From NCBI GenBank assembly GCA_038087875.1, contig CM075990.1, forward strand, positions 6,636,001-6,700,000: a stretch of 64,000 bases of DNA, given 5' to 3'. This document shows positions 23,501-35,384 of this stretch, piece by piece (position 1 is the stretch's first letter; each line of letters begins with the position of its first letter). The notes below the pieces were generated by a model. It saw nothing but the letters and a program-made list of their open reading frames with translations, was not told the origin of the DNA and ran no database searches. The position numbers and the translations under genes were made by a program. This stretch comes from Malacoraja senta (Eukaryota).

Positions 23501-23954
23501 GACTCACCGAGTCTACAATGACCAATGATCCCCTCGCACTAATACTATCCTACACACACTAGGGACAATTTACAATTATACCTGGTCGGCATGAATTGGG
23601 TGGGCCGAAGGGCCTATTTCCACGCTGTACCTCAAAAGCAAAGTCTAATTTTACCTAACAAACATTCTCTGAACTGCCTGCAATGCGTTTGTCTCCTTGC
23701 ATTGAAGTAGTCTAAAACTGCAGAAAGAGGTTGCAAAATGTTCTTTACAAGTGGAAATTCTTTCCACTTACTGACAGGAATTGGCAATAAATGTGACTTG
23801 TCAGCAATGTCCATGAAAACAAATCTAAACAGAGGCCTGGAGCCAGAGCTGAAACCGGTACTCTGCTGATTAAATGATTCACCAAATTTCTAGCTCTGGT
23901 TTGAGAGAAACATTTCAGATGAAACTGGGGATAGAAGGAGAGGAATGGGTATAG

Positions 23955-24245
23955 GTGGCGGAGTGATAGCGTTGCTGCCTTACAGCGCCAACGACCCGGG
24001 TTCGATCCTGACTACGAGTGCCGTCTGTATGGAGTTTGTACGCTCTCCCTGTGACTGCGTGGGCTTTCTGTGGGTGCTCCAGTTTCCTCCCACACTCCAA
24101 AGACGTACAGGTTTGTAGGTTAATTCGCTTAGGTAAAATTGTAAATTGTTTGTTGTGTGTAGGATAGAGCTAGTGTAGGGGGACAATCGCTTATCAGCCC
24201 AGACTTGGAGGGCTGAAGGGCCTGCTTCCACACTGTATCTCTAAT
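23955..24245 (+). mobile_element. V-SINE (HE1-like)
   Basis: cccgggttcgatcctgactacg, V-core, gaagggcctg tail. Confidence 0.88.
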
Positions 24246-24409
24246 GTTAAAATGCCCTTAAACTTTACAGTTAACAAACAAGCTGAGTCATTAAACCCAC
24301 AGGACTTGTACGGCATGGTTATGACTTATCAGTCCTCATTTGCTGATCCATGCTATTAATTGGCCACAATAACTAGCTACCTTCACATATAAATCACCCT
24401 AACGCAAGG

Positions 24410-24617
24410 AAGGCTGTGGAGGCCAAGTCAGTGGACATTTTTAAGGCGGAGATAGATAGATTCTCAATTAGTACAGGTGTCAGGGGTTATTGGAGAGAAG
24501 GGGGGAGAATGGGGTTAGGAAGGAGAGATAGAGCAACCATGATTGAATGGTGGGGTAGACTTGATGGGCCGAGTGGCCTAATTCTGCTCCTATCACTTAT
24601 GTACTTATGACCTTATG
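24410..24617 (+). mobile_element. CR1 3' tail
   Basis: ggctgtggaggccaagtc...attctgctcctatcacttatg. Confidence 0.85.
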
Positions 24618-25736
24618 AAATAAAAACAGAGAGAGTTGGAAATATCCAGCGGCTGAGCAGCATCTGTGGGGGAGAGACCTGGGGTGAACATTTCAGATTA
24701 ATCAGGGGAGAGAGTAAAAGCTGGCATGCTTTATGTGGCGAGGCTGGATGGGTGGTGAGCGTGGGGTCCGTGGTGGGAAATGCCTCCGACTGCTTTCCAA
24801 CCCCAAGAGTTGAAGAATAATGAGAGCCCTCTCCTGGCAACTGTTACCTAGTGTTTCATGGTACCTCCAGTAACCTATATTCATAACACAAGCTAAATAA
24901 AGTGGGACATTATGGAGCCCTCAGTCAACTACTGTCTGTCCAAACTAATACTATCTGATTACACATCACATTGCTGGTGGGGTGATCCCAAATTTCCTGC
25001 ACAAACATCGTACTCTAAACCGTAACTACCCTGCAAAATGAAGCCAAAGGCTGTAAAACACACTAGGACTTCCTGAGGTTGAGAAAGGTGTAAGTAAATG
25101 TAAGTCTTAATTTTCCACTCACGTAATATTTCTGCAGCATTCTGTCCATGTTTCTGCTACTGCGGAGGAGGTTTATTATAATTTTTCTCAGTGCAGCCCT
25201 GTTGCACGTATCACTTACAACTATTGGTTTCAAAGAGCTGCTTATAAATCATTGCTGCGAAAGAAAAATATTTTGTTGAAATCATTAGCAATTTAAACAA
25301 GACCGTACACTTCATAAATCTCCATATTGTTCACTCGGGCACCAGGAAAGAAATGCTATCCTTCATTGGAGTTGTGTTTCCTCGCATGGCAATGGAGCCC
25401 ACTTTATTTAACTTGGGCTATGAATACGGGTTACTGAGGTTACTGTGAAACACAAGGTAACAGTCGACCATTTCGATGTTTGAAAAGGAACAGTACTTTG
25501 TGCTTTTGGAATCCTCCCAGAGACTTTGGGATTTCATGTTTCAGAGCATCGCTGTGATTTATTGCAGCACAACTGCCAATTTTGTTTCAATTGATTACAA
25601 TGCTCAAGTTTTACCATCACTCATCTTGCATTGCAATTCATGCCAGTGCTTTAAAGTTGATTTCTTTCAGATTTATGAATTGATTGCCTTGTTGTCAGAA
25701 ATGTAATTATTTGCCAGGTACCTGTCAGCCGTGTGT

Positions 25737-25914
25737 TTCTCTGTGTCTCTTCATTAGCCTTTCTGAGTTTAGCTCTCTGTCTATCTCTGTCTCTCTCCCT
25801 CTCCCTCTCTCTCTCTCTCTCGCTTCCCCCCTCTCTCTCTCCCCTCTTTCTCTCTCTCTCCTCCCTCTCTCTCTCTCTCTCCCTCGGTCTCTGTCTCTCT
25901 CTCTCTCTCTCTTC
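25737..25914. repeat. (CT)n-rich microsatellite
   Basis: Polypyrimidine tract of ctct repeats. Confidence 0.95.
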
Positions 25915-26627
25915 ACACTAACACCCAGGCAACTGTGTGGCCATCTCCACAAACCTGCAGTGCGCTTTTGAGTTGTCTTGTACCCGGTTACCAGAGGCCA
26001 GTCCAACTGAGTGGATAAAGCGATTCTATTGCAAACACTCACACCAGCTGGCGGACTGGCTCGGTGAATGAAAAAAGCTTTGTGGAGATCCAAGGACCCG
26101 CTGTGATCTTACAAAACACACCAGTATGACAAGGAGCTGGGAAAGCGAGCGTCCTAGCACACAGGGCCTGGGTTCTTTGCCAGTTTACACAGGCAACATT
26201 AAAATCTGCCAAAATCACATCCAGGAGAGCGCTCAGTAACAATCTCCACAAGACTGGCTGCAAGGTTCAATATGGGCTTCTGCTGTGGTTCACAGCAGGT
26301 GATTCAAACATCCAAAAGCCATTACAGGTGCTCTGCTGTCTTCTTCCTCTACTTCTTCTTCTTCCCAGGAAGTCCCTCAGGGTCGAGCAGTAACTTGCTG
26401 ACGCTGTGGTTTTGAAGCCGATGAAGAATATTTAGGGATACATCAGATAGGATAGGAGGTGGATCATGTGGTGAAAGAGTGGACAGTTTGCAACGTGGTG
26501 AATCACTTCTGCCATTTTTGGGCCATTTTATGTGGAATAGCACCATTTTGCACTATTTCTGCTCACACCAGCACTTTGTGGAAACCGGCATCCGCTGTTC
26601 CTTGTTTCTGCTGGTCTTCGATGTATG

Positions 26628-26937
26628 AACGATACAGCATGGAAACAGGCCCTTCGGCCCGCTGTGTCCACGATGACCATTGCTTGCCCATTCACACTAG
26701 TTCTACATTAATCCACTATCGCATCCACTCCATACACACTAGGGGCGATTTTACAGAGGGACAATTAACCTACAAACCCACACGTCGATGGGATGTGGGA
26801 GGAGACCGGAGTACCTGGAGAAATTCCCATGCAGTCACTAGGAGAACATGCAAATTCCACACAGGCAGCACCCGAGGTCAGGATCGAACCGGGGTTTCTG
26901 GCGCTGTGAGGCAGTGGCTCTACCCACTGCACCACTG
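26628..26937 (-). mobile_element. V-SINE (HE1-like)
   Basis: gatacagcatggaaacaggcccttcggccc...gaggtcaggatcgaaccgggg. Confidence 0.88.
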
Positions 26938-27424
26938 TTCACATGTGGCTTTTGTGTCGCCCAATGCATGGACTCGAACATTTATCCTGCAGGCTCCTTC
27001 AAGGATCTTAGATTCCCACTAGTCAGTGGATGTTGTATTTTGAATCTTTTCCCCTCTCTCCCTGCCTGGTATTCCTGGCCTGTGACAGAACTTACAAGAG
27101 TGTATCTGTTTCAGGGGTCTGGCATAAACATGGTCGGACACGACAAAATGATTGGTGACTTGTGTCGAGAAACTACAGCCTTTGCCCCAGATCAGACAGC
27201 AAGGACTGGCAGTAGTATGATGCCTTCGCAAGAATCATAAGATGTGCAAAGTAATTTTGGCTAACATTCCCCTGCAGTGTCTGACAGTAGTGGACTATGA
27301 ACTGTTCCCGAGCTGTCTTTCCATTAAACTGCTGCACGGTGACTTGGAGACATCTCTGAATTTGTGTCTGAATTTACTTTGCAAAAGGGGGCAGTCGGCT
27401 TCTGTGACAGGCAGCGCAGAGTGG

Positions 27425-27640
27425 AAGGGGTCGAATGGAATATTTATTGTCACATGTGACAAGGCACAAATAGCCAAATAGGTATACAAATAGCGGCCAC
27501 CTAAAGTGCTGACAAAGTTACAAAGTACGTCGGCTCCTCCGTCACCCCACTCTGGGTCCTCCATTGTCCATTGTTCTCACCCCCTCACCCCCTAAACTTC
27601 CCATTGTCCATTGTTCTTCCCCTCCCCTCCCCCCCCACGG
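27425..27640 (-). mobile_element. Second copy of the G-rich repeat at 14845-15140
   Basis: ggtatacaaatagcggccacctaa, caaagttacaaagtacg.cggctcctcc, gggtcctccattgtccattgttc. Confidence 0.75.
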
Positions 27641-27699
27641 CGGTTCCCCCGCGCCTTCATCCACGGGTCGACCCACGAGGCTTTGTCGCCGCCGCGATG

Positions 27700-27811
27700 C
27701 TTCACCACCGCCGAGGCCCCATCACCGCGAGGCTCCACTGCCGACTCCGAGGCTCCACCACCACCGCCGAGGCTCCACCACCAAGGCTCCACTGCTGCCG
27801 AGGCTCCACCG
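27700..27811. repeat. GC-rich tandem repeat of about CCGAGGCTCCACCA
   Basis: Six imperfect (g)aggctccac units. Confidence 0.75.
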
Positions 27812-29109
27812 AGTGGACTCAAGTGAGACCAACAGCGTCCCTCTATTGCACGTCCTGCCACCTCCCCCTCCCCCAGACGTTCAACCACCCTCCCCTCCCC
27901 ACCACTCCTCCCCTCCCCACCACATCCCTCCTCCCCCCTCCCCACCCCTCACCACACCCCTCCTCCCCCACACACCCCTCCCCAATCCCCAGCCTGCCGT
28001 TGACAAGACTGAAAAAATGTGCGGCCAGCAAGGAAGTGTTTTCATTGCAATTCTCAAGCAGCAATGCCTGCCTGACACAGCGGGTTTGCTCCAATGTAGC
28101 TGCATCAAATTTGCCAAAATCTCACATCAAAAGGCTGGATGTGAATTATAACTTTTAATTAAACAACATTGTACGGGCAACAAAGACGAGCTTAAATAGG
28201 ATTGCCACCCTGTAAATAGAGCCGGCCGACAAATCTGGAATGATAAAACATCAGTAAATATAAACCCTTTTGATTGTAATATTCTTTCAGCGTGTTCACT
28301 GACACAGATGATAGATTCATAAACAGCTCCCCAGCACGAGCTTCAGCAGACTCGGGCAACGCACAATGATCGGCCTATGTGGAAATGTTACACACCTGGT
28401 CTTGCAGCACTTGGAGCCTCGACGCCCTTTAACGTCGACTGCTGCTCACACCTATTGCCAGCTACTCGTGCGCGGAGGAACCCCCTTCTGAAGCAGCAGT
28501 GCGTTTCCCAGGTTGTTCATTCAACGCACCATGAATCAGAGTTAAATATTAACAGAAGCCAACGTGAATGGGACCCTTCTCTCATCAGCAGTGCAAAACA
28601 ACCCATTAGCCAGCATAAATTTCAGGCGTGGTGGGCAAGTTGACTTTGGAAAGGACTGGTATTTTTACACCTTTAATAACAAGTCTCAGGACTGAGACAC
28701 TTGAACAGTGGAATCATCAGAGACAAAACTATTCTATTCTCGTAAGATTTTTTTTTCTCTTGTGCTGTTCAGCGAATAAACAAACGCTCAACCAATTCCC
28801 ATCTGGAAACTTGCATGCAGCGTGACCCAAAGACCTCTTATTCAAAAGCTGCCACCCACTTGAAGCTGAAAGTTGGCAGACAACTTGGATCATGAGGGGG
28901 GTCTGTGCAGATCATACTGCCGAACTTTGAAGCGTTGAAAGATCTGGGTCCATGGAACAAAGCAGTTGGCTCAAGCTTTTGGTTACATAAGTTCCATTTA
29001 GTGCTGTGGGCACCATAGCGATCGTTACAAATGTGAATCATTGCGTACATTGAAACATTCATCGATTTTATCCTAGCCATTAAAAACGTCCTGCGCATTT
29101 CAACGCTGT

Positions 29110-29176
29110 AGTGTCGTGATGCGTAAATTATGTCGCGTAAATTACGCGCAAATGACGGCCAAGTGGGACAGGCCCT
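29110..29176. mobile_element. Right end of Harbinger-like MITE subfamily 1
   Basis: tgtcgcgtaaa...aaatgacggccaagtgggacaggccct followed by TTA; left TIR not found. Confidence 0.75.
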
Positions 29177-29389
29177 TTACCGTTTGCATGGTGCCTTTCA
29201 TCATTCTTAGCTGCTTCTCGGGCGGGATTCTAAACAAGAGTAAAGGACAATGGTCCAAAACTTTAAGAGGCACAACTGGAGAGAGTGGGCTCTGGGGAAA
29301 TTCTGGAGGTTAGGTCTGCCGCAGATGAGGTTACATCCCTCAACAGCGGCACGACAAAAACAAGAGATGTGCGAGAGATACGACCATTG

Positions 29390-30420
29390 TTGGTACATTC
29401 TCCACGTGACTTGTGTGGGTTTTCTTCGGGAGCTCTGGTATCCTCTCACACTCCAAAGATGTACAGGTTTGTAGTTAATTTGGCTTCGGTAAACACTGTA
29501 AATGTACCCGAGTGTGTAAGGATAGTGATGGTGTACGGGGATCGCTGGTCAGCGTGGACTTGGTGGGCTGACGAGTCTGTTTCTACGCTGTATCTCTAAA
29601 CTAAACTAAAGGTGGGCTGAGAAGTGGCAGATGGAATTTAATCCAGACAAGTGTGTGGTAATGCATTTTGGGTCATCTACACCTGGCAGGACATATACAG
29701 TGAATGGCAGGGACCTTGGAAGTGTTGATATATGGAGGGACATTGGAATACAAGGGTACAAGTTCATAGCTCACTGACAATAGTGACTCAGGTGGATAGG
29801 ATAATGAAGAAGGTGTTTAGCTTACAGCTGGAAACCTATTGAATGTAAGTTGGGACATCATGTTGTAGGTTAGGTTAGGTTACACGTAGAATATTGTGTG
29901 CAGTTCTGATTACCACATCACAGAAAGGACGTGGGAGCATTAGAAAGAGTGTGTAAGAGATTCGCAAGGATTTTGCCGGGAATGAAGGGCTTTAATTAAA
30001 AGGAGATGTTGGACAGACTGCGATTGTTCTCAGAGCACCTCAGGAGGCTGAAGGTTGTCCTTGAAGAGGTGTACAAAATTATCGGACGGGGAGGGGGGGG
30101 GGGGGAGGGCATAGATATGGTAGATATTGATAGGGTCACAATCTTTTTCCAATGGTAGGGGAGTCTAAAACTAGAGGACATAGGTTTAAGGTAAGTGGAA
30201 TCATATTTAAAGGAGATCTGATAGGCATGTCGACAGTGGTGGGTATGTTTGAAGCAGTGATGGAGGGGTACAATCACAGCATTTAAATATAATTTTGGGC
30301 AGGTGCATGGATAGGAAAGAAATGGATATGGACCAATTGCAGGAAAATGAGAATAGTATAGATAGCATCACGGTTGGCATTGGTGAGTGGGGCCGAATGG
30401 CCTGTGTTCTTCCTGTGAGA
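29390..30420 (+). mobile_element. V-SINE 3' part (to ~29610) followed by a decayed CR1 3' fragment
   Basis: gctgtatctctaaactaaactaaa, then gggctgagaagtggcagatggaatttaatccagacaagtgtg (WAEKWQMEFNPDKC). Confidence 0.8.
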
Positions 30421-30918
30421 ATTTGTGACACTTTGAGTGGTGAGACACATAAGGAAATTGAAGCAGGTGTTGGCTATTTGATCCCCCTTATGCTTTCTCC
30501 ATGGCCCATTTGAATGAGCAATTCGAGCGATTCACTTTACTTTGGAGGAAGAAATGACTTCTCATCCCCAGCCAACCCCTTATGAGTAGATATAACCGCT
30601 GGTACGAGACGCTTCGGCCTGGGGGAGCTTTATCCCTGTGTTCACCCTGTCTCGCACAATGTACAAATTAACTATGTACATTGCATTGACACCATCACTC
30701 ATTCTTTGACATTCAATAGACACCACAGAGTATTGTAAGGCTGGAGGTAAGCTGCAGAATGAGAGGGGTAAATGCATGGAGGTATTTAAAAATAAGTCTG
30801 AGAAATAGACGAGGGGTCGTGATAGGACAGTGATCAGATTCTAAACTATGAACAATAATTTTGAATCAAAACAATCTGGTGTCCTTTATCCATTTTATGG
30901 TCACAGTGTCCATGCCGA

Positions 30919-31445
30919 TTGGAACTCTGTCAAGTCCAGTTCTTATACCAAGCCGGTGAGACCAAGCGGAGGCTTGGCGATCGTTTCGCCGAACACCTCC
31001 GGTCGGTCCGCAATAACCAACCTGAACTCCCGGTGGCTCAGCACTTCAACTCCCCCTCCCATTCCGTATCTGACCTCTCTGTCCTGGGTCTCCTCCATGC
31101 CCACAGCGAGCAACACCGTAAATTGGAGGAAATGCACCTCATGTTCCGCTTGGGCAGTCTACATCCTGGGGGTTTAAACATTGAATTCTCCCAATTCTGC
31201 TAGCCCTTGCTGTCCCCTCCCCTTCATCAGCCATCTGGTTGTCTCCTCCCCTCCCCCAGCCCTCGGGCTCCTCCTCCGCCTTTTTCCTTTTTTCCTTTCA
31301 TCTCCCCACCCCCTATCAGTCTGAAGAAGGGTTTCGGCCCGAAACGTTACCTATTTCCTTCGCTCCATAGATGCTGCTGCACCCGCTGAGTTTCTCCAGC
31401 ATTTTTGTGTACCTTCGATTTTCCAGCATCTGCAGTTCCTTCTTT
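30919..31445 (+). mobile_element. Penelope-like element 3' fragment: GIY-YIG endonuclease C-terminus plus hammerhead-like terminal repeat
   Basis: GETKRRLGDRFAEH..PVAQHFN..H..RKLEE..RLGSLHP.GLN; CTGAAGA..GAAACGTT at 31321-31348. Confidence 0.9.
31321..31352 (+). ncRNA. Minimal hammerhead ribozyme-like motif of PLE type
   Basis: CUGAAGA, helix II GGG..CCC, GAAA, palindromic ACGU; helix I appears only ~2 bp, so activity is uncertain. Confidence 0.55.
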
Positions 31446-31465
31446 AACAATTAACTACATACCTG

Positions 31466-31689
31466 GTTAAGAAGGAACTGCAGATGCTGGAAAATCGAAG
31501 GTAGACAAAAATGCTGGAGAAACTCAGCGGGTGAGGTAGCATCTATGGAGCGAAGGAAATAGGCAACGTTTCGGGCCGAAACCCTTCTTCAGAAGGGATT
31601 CTGAAGAAGGGTTTCGACCTGAAACGTTGCCTATTTCCTTCGCTCCATAGATGCTGCCTCACCTGCTGAGTTTCTCCAGCATTTTTGTC
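31466..31689. mobile_element. Palindromic head-to-head Penelope-derived unit with 14-bp TSD
   Basis: Minus arm to 31592, plus arm from 31601; TAACTACATACCTG at 31452-31465 and 31690-31703. Confidence 0.85.
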
Positions 31690-31852
31690 TAACTACATAC
31701 CTGTACGTCTTTGGTGTGTGGGAGGAAATCTCAGGTAAAACCCACGTGGTCACAGGGAGAACGTACAAACTCCGTACAGACAGCACTCGTAGTCTCTGGC
31801 ACTGAAAGCACTGTAAGGCAGCAACTGGACTGCTGTGCCACCATGCCGCCCA
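31690..31852 (-). mobile_element. V-SINE fragment (host of the palindromic unit)
   Basis: acctgtacgtctttgg.gtgtgggaggaaa...cgtacaaactccgtacagacagcac. Confidence 0.85.
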
Positions 31853-32400
31853 GCTGGGATCACACCGATACACCGATGACAAATATACTTATATTTATAT
31901 ATTCTCGTTACGTTATGCGATTTATTTTTATCCTACATAATGGAATTGTTGTATCTACAGTATATATATTTGAACAATCAATCCCCAAAGAGTCGTCCTT
32001 GGACTATTGTACTCTTAAAATAATATCACATATATGTAGAACAAAAAAATAGAACGGTAACGTTGAACACTGTGTCCATATATACATGTGTGCCTTAGGT
32101 AATTCAATTGATTTGTTCCTGAGTAACTGTGACATGAAAGTATGTGAAAAGATCACATTAAATCAGGTATTTTCATTTATGTTGTGTCTTCTCCAATCTC
32201 AGGGTCTCCTAAATTATTTCACTGGCAACTAAGTATTTTTGGGGAGTTCTGTAATAATATGTAGATGCAACATAGCAACAAGATCCATTGCAATAACCCA
32301 CCATTGTCAGTATGGTGGTCACTTGTTCGGGAGAGAGCTCCTGGATTTGGACCCAGTGATAATGAAGAACCAGAGAGCTAGTCCAAATATTAATAATGTC

Positions 32401-32727
32401 GTTTTTAGTTTTAGAGATACAGAGCGGAAACAGGCCCTTCGGCCCACCGAGTCCGCACCAACCAGCGATCCCCGCACATTACCACAAGCCTGCGCACACT
32501 AGGGACAATTTACACATACCAAGTATACAAATCAAGCCAATTAACCTCCAAACCTGTAAGTCTTTGGACTGCGGGAGGAAACCGAAGATCTCGGAGAAAA
32601 CCCACACGGTCACGGGGAGAACTTACAAACTACGTACAGACAGCACCCATAGTCAGGATGGAACCAGGGTCTCTGGCGCTGCAAGCACTGTGTAGGCAGC
32701 ACCTCTACCGCTGCGCCCTCGTGCCGC
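32401..32727 (-). mobile_element. V-SINE (HE1-like)
   Basis: tttagtttagagatacag...gtcaggatggaacc...ctctaccgctgcgcc. Confidence 0.9.
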
Positions 32728-32734
32728 AAAAGAT

Positions 32735-34400
32735 CTATGTACTTGTACCCAATGTGCAATCTGTAGGGGGTCCTGCAATTGGTGTGCTTCCATGCACTTC
32801 CCTTATCCTTCTTGGCAGAGGAGATCCCACGTTTTGGATCATGTGGGATTAACTGTGGTGTATTTTGTAGATGGGGCATATTTGGAGCCACTGTGTGCTG
32901 ATGGTGGAGGAGATGAATGCTCAGTGATTCTGTCAGATGGGCTAGTTTGGCTTGGATCGTGTTAAGCTTCTTGTGAATTCGTGTTGCTGTACTCATCCAA
33001 GTAAATTGAAGAATCTGCCTTGATTCTAACCAGCACTATGTAGATGGTGGGAAGAGTTTTATGTGTCAGGCAATGTCCCACATACCGTGAAGGTCCAGCA
33101 TCTGTCATTGCCATGGTGGTGTAATGTTGGTGATCCAATTGGGTTTCTGGCAGTGGTACCTCCAAAGGATATGGATGACGGGGGATGTGGTGATGATAAT
33201 GCCACTGACTACTAAGGGTTGGTGGTTAGGAGATGTCTCATGATGGAGAGGACTATTACTTGGTGTAATTGTGGTCTACTAGTCACTTGCCCAAGCTTGA
33301 ATGTTACCGTGGGATGCTTCATTAGAAGAGGTGTGGAACTGAAAGTAATGCAATCATCCGCAAACATTCCCATGTTGGGTCTTGTGTTGGATGGAATGCC
33401 ATTAGTTAAGTTAACACTGCCTTGAAGAACTCCTGGGCTTTCATGGGTACCTGCAACAGCCGCCTGCCTTTTGTAAGGTGTGCCTCCAAACATTGGAGTA
33501 TCTTCCCTTTGATGCTCACTGACCTAAGCTTTACCATAAGTTCATAAGTTTATCAGCGATAGGAACAGAATTAGGCCGTTTGGCCCATCACATCTACTCC
33601 GCCATTCAATCACGGCTGATGTATCTCTCACTCTTAACCCCATTCTCCTGCCTTCTTCCCATAACCCCTGACACCCGTACTAATCAAGAATCTATCTATG
33701 TGTAGGAAGGAACTGAAGATGCTGCTTTACACTGAAGATAGACACAAATTGCTGGAATAACTCAGCAGGGCAGGCAGCATCTCTGGAGACAGAAGAAGGG
33801 TCTCGACCCGAAGGGTACCCATTCCTTCTATCCAGAGGTGCTGCCAGTCCTGCTGAGATACTCCAGCATTTTGTGTCTAAGATTCTATCTATCTCTGCTT
33901 TAAAAATATCCATTGTCTTGGCTCAATACCAGGGCTCCTTGTTACCACATTCGGTAAAATGATACCTTGTTGTCAGGGACGTTCACTTTTGCTTCACTTC
34001 TGGAATTCTTCTCTCTGGCACACGTTTGGTATGAAGTTGAGCTGAGCTTCGGAGCAAATTGGCCCTGGCAAAATTCCAATGACACCTTCCATCACCTTGC
34101 TGATGATTGAGAGTTGATTGGGGTGCGGTAATTAGCCAGATTGGATTTGCCCTGCTGTTTATGGGCTTGCCAACCTGGGCAACTTTCCACATTGTTGGGT
34201 AGATGCCAATTGTAGCTAATCTGCATCTCTAACCCACACGGTTCCAGCTTATTCCTGCCATAAAGCCCTGCCGTTACCCAAGACTCTTAAATGGCGTCAT
34301 GTGGAGTGAATTAAATTGGCAGCAGACAAGTATCTATGGTGATGGGGACCTCAGGAGGAAGCTGAGATAGGTCATCTACTTGGCAATTCCTTCAAGTTTT
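32735..34400 (-). mobile_element. Ancient decayed CR1/L2-group LINE RT region
   Basis: Fragments WKVAQV.., GVLQGSV..GMFADDC and KKLNTIQAK..LLHHQHTVA in collinear order; interrupted at 33535-33922. Confidence 0.7.
33535..33922 (-). mobile_element. CR1 3' tail containing a palindromic Penelope-derived unit (33700-33878)
   Basis: cataagttcataag tail; AAGA(A/T)TCTATCTAT duplicated at 33686-33699 and 33879-33892. Confidence 0.82.
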
Positions 34401-34468
34401 CTAATGATTTCAACCTTTCAATACAACTTGCCATGACATTGTTAACCCAGGCAATGATTAGTGTCAAT

Positions 34469-35384
34469 CATGGGTGGAAATCCCAGGGGGGGGGGGGGCG
34501 GGGGTGGTCCCTCCCATGTTTTGAGAGGTGGGGGACAATCCCCCCCCATGTTTTGAAATTCGGTGAAAAAAAAATCTATTACAATCTCCACTTTCCACGC
34601 AAGACAGTGGGGGTGTCAATGTTAAGCGCTTGTTAAATATCTTCATTAACATCGTATTAACACGATGTGTCACCAATTGTGCTTTGCCCTTCAAGTATTA
34701 CTGAAGGTATTCACAGATAATTTCTTAAAGCTGTCTGATGCAGTACAATTACCATTTGAACTAATTGGATGTATTGGTGGATGGGAAAGATTTCAATGGG
34801 TCAGGACATTAAGGGCTCCGGTCGAGCGGGTTTCCTGGCTGGCTTGCAGGTAAGTCCCTCATTCAGGTCACTCACGTTATTTAGTATGTTTTTCCCATCT
34901 CTCTCTCTCTCTTTCTCTCTCCCCCCTCCAAGGTTGGTTCTTCTGTTTGCCTTTATTTGCATCAATTTTATTTGTTTGTGTTAATTATCACATTGTGGCT
35001 TTTGAAAGATTCAAGCGGGTATCAGATGCCTTCTAACGGCTGAATCGGCCCGATCGTGGTGCCTTTCATCGCCCAGCACAGCTTAAAATCAAACTGCTCC
35101 ATCGAGGCGACCGAGGCTCCCGATGTTGAAGCCCCCGCCGGCTGATTTTAAGCCGCGCCGGGCGATGAAAGGCCCGCGAACGGGCCGATTCAAGCCCCAC
35201 GATTCGGGGCGGACGAAGCTGCTGTTGCTGAAGTTCGGAGTCGGTCACCAAACAGGTCAGCTCCCGATGTTACCGTCCACAGGGCCCACGGCCGAAGCCT
35301 CGCGCGCGTGTGTGTGTGCGCGCGCATGCGCGGGCCCATCAAAGAATGGTGTCCCCCCATGGTTTAATTGCGATTTCCGCCCTG
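34469..35384. mobile_element. Non-autonomous hAT-like DNA transposon
   Basis: Imperfect TIRs CATGGGTGGAAATC / GATTTCCGCCCTG; perfect 8-bp TSD GTGTCAAT at 34461-34468 and 35385-35392. Confidence 0.85.

Noticed and set aside
27812..27850. Possible minus-strand Helitron 3' end (gactcaagtgagacc..gtccc)
   Set aside because: Only loose similarity to 55243-55271; no intact CTAG or hairpin.
27564..28158. Two 195-aa proline-rich ORFs
   Set aside because: Open in several frames because of C-rich low-complexity repeats; no domain or splice support.
31321..31690. Recurrent short palindromic repeats resembling CRISPR or REP elements
   Set aside because: Eukaryotic context, no regular spacers or cas genes; the repeat is contiguous with a Penelope GIY-YIG fragment.
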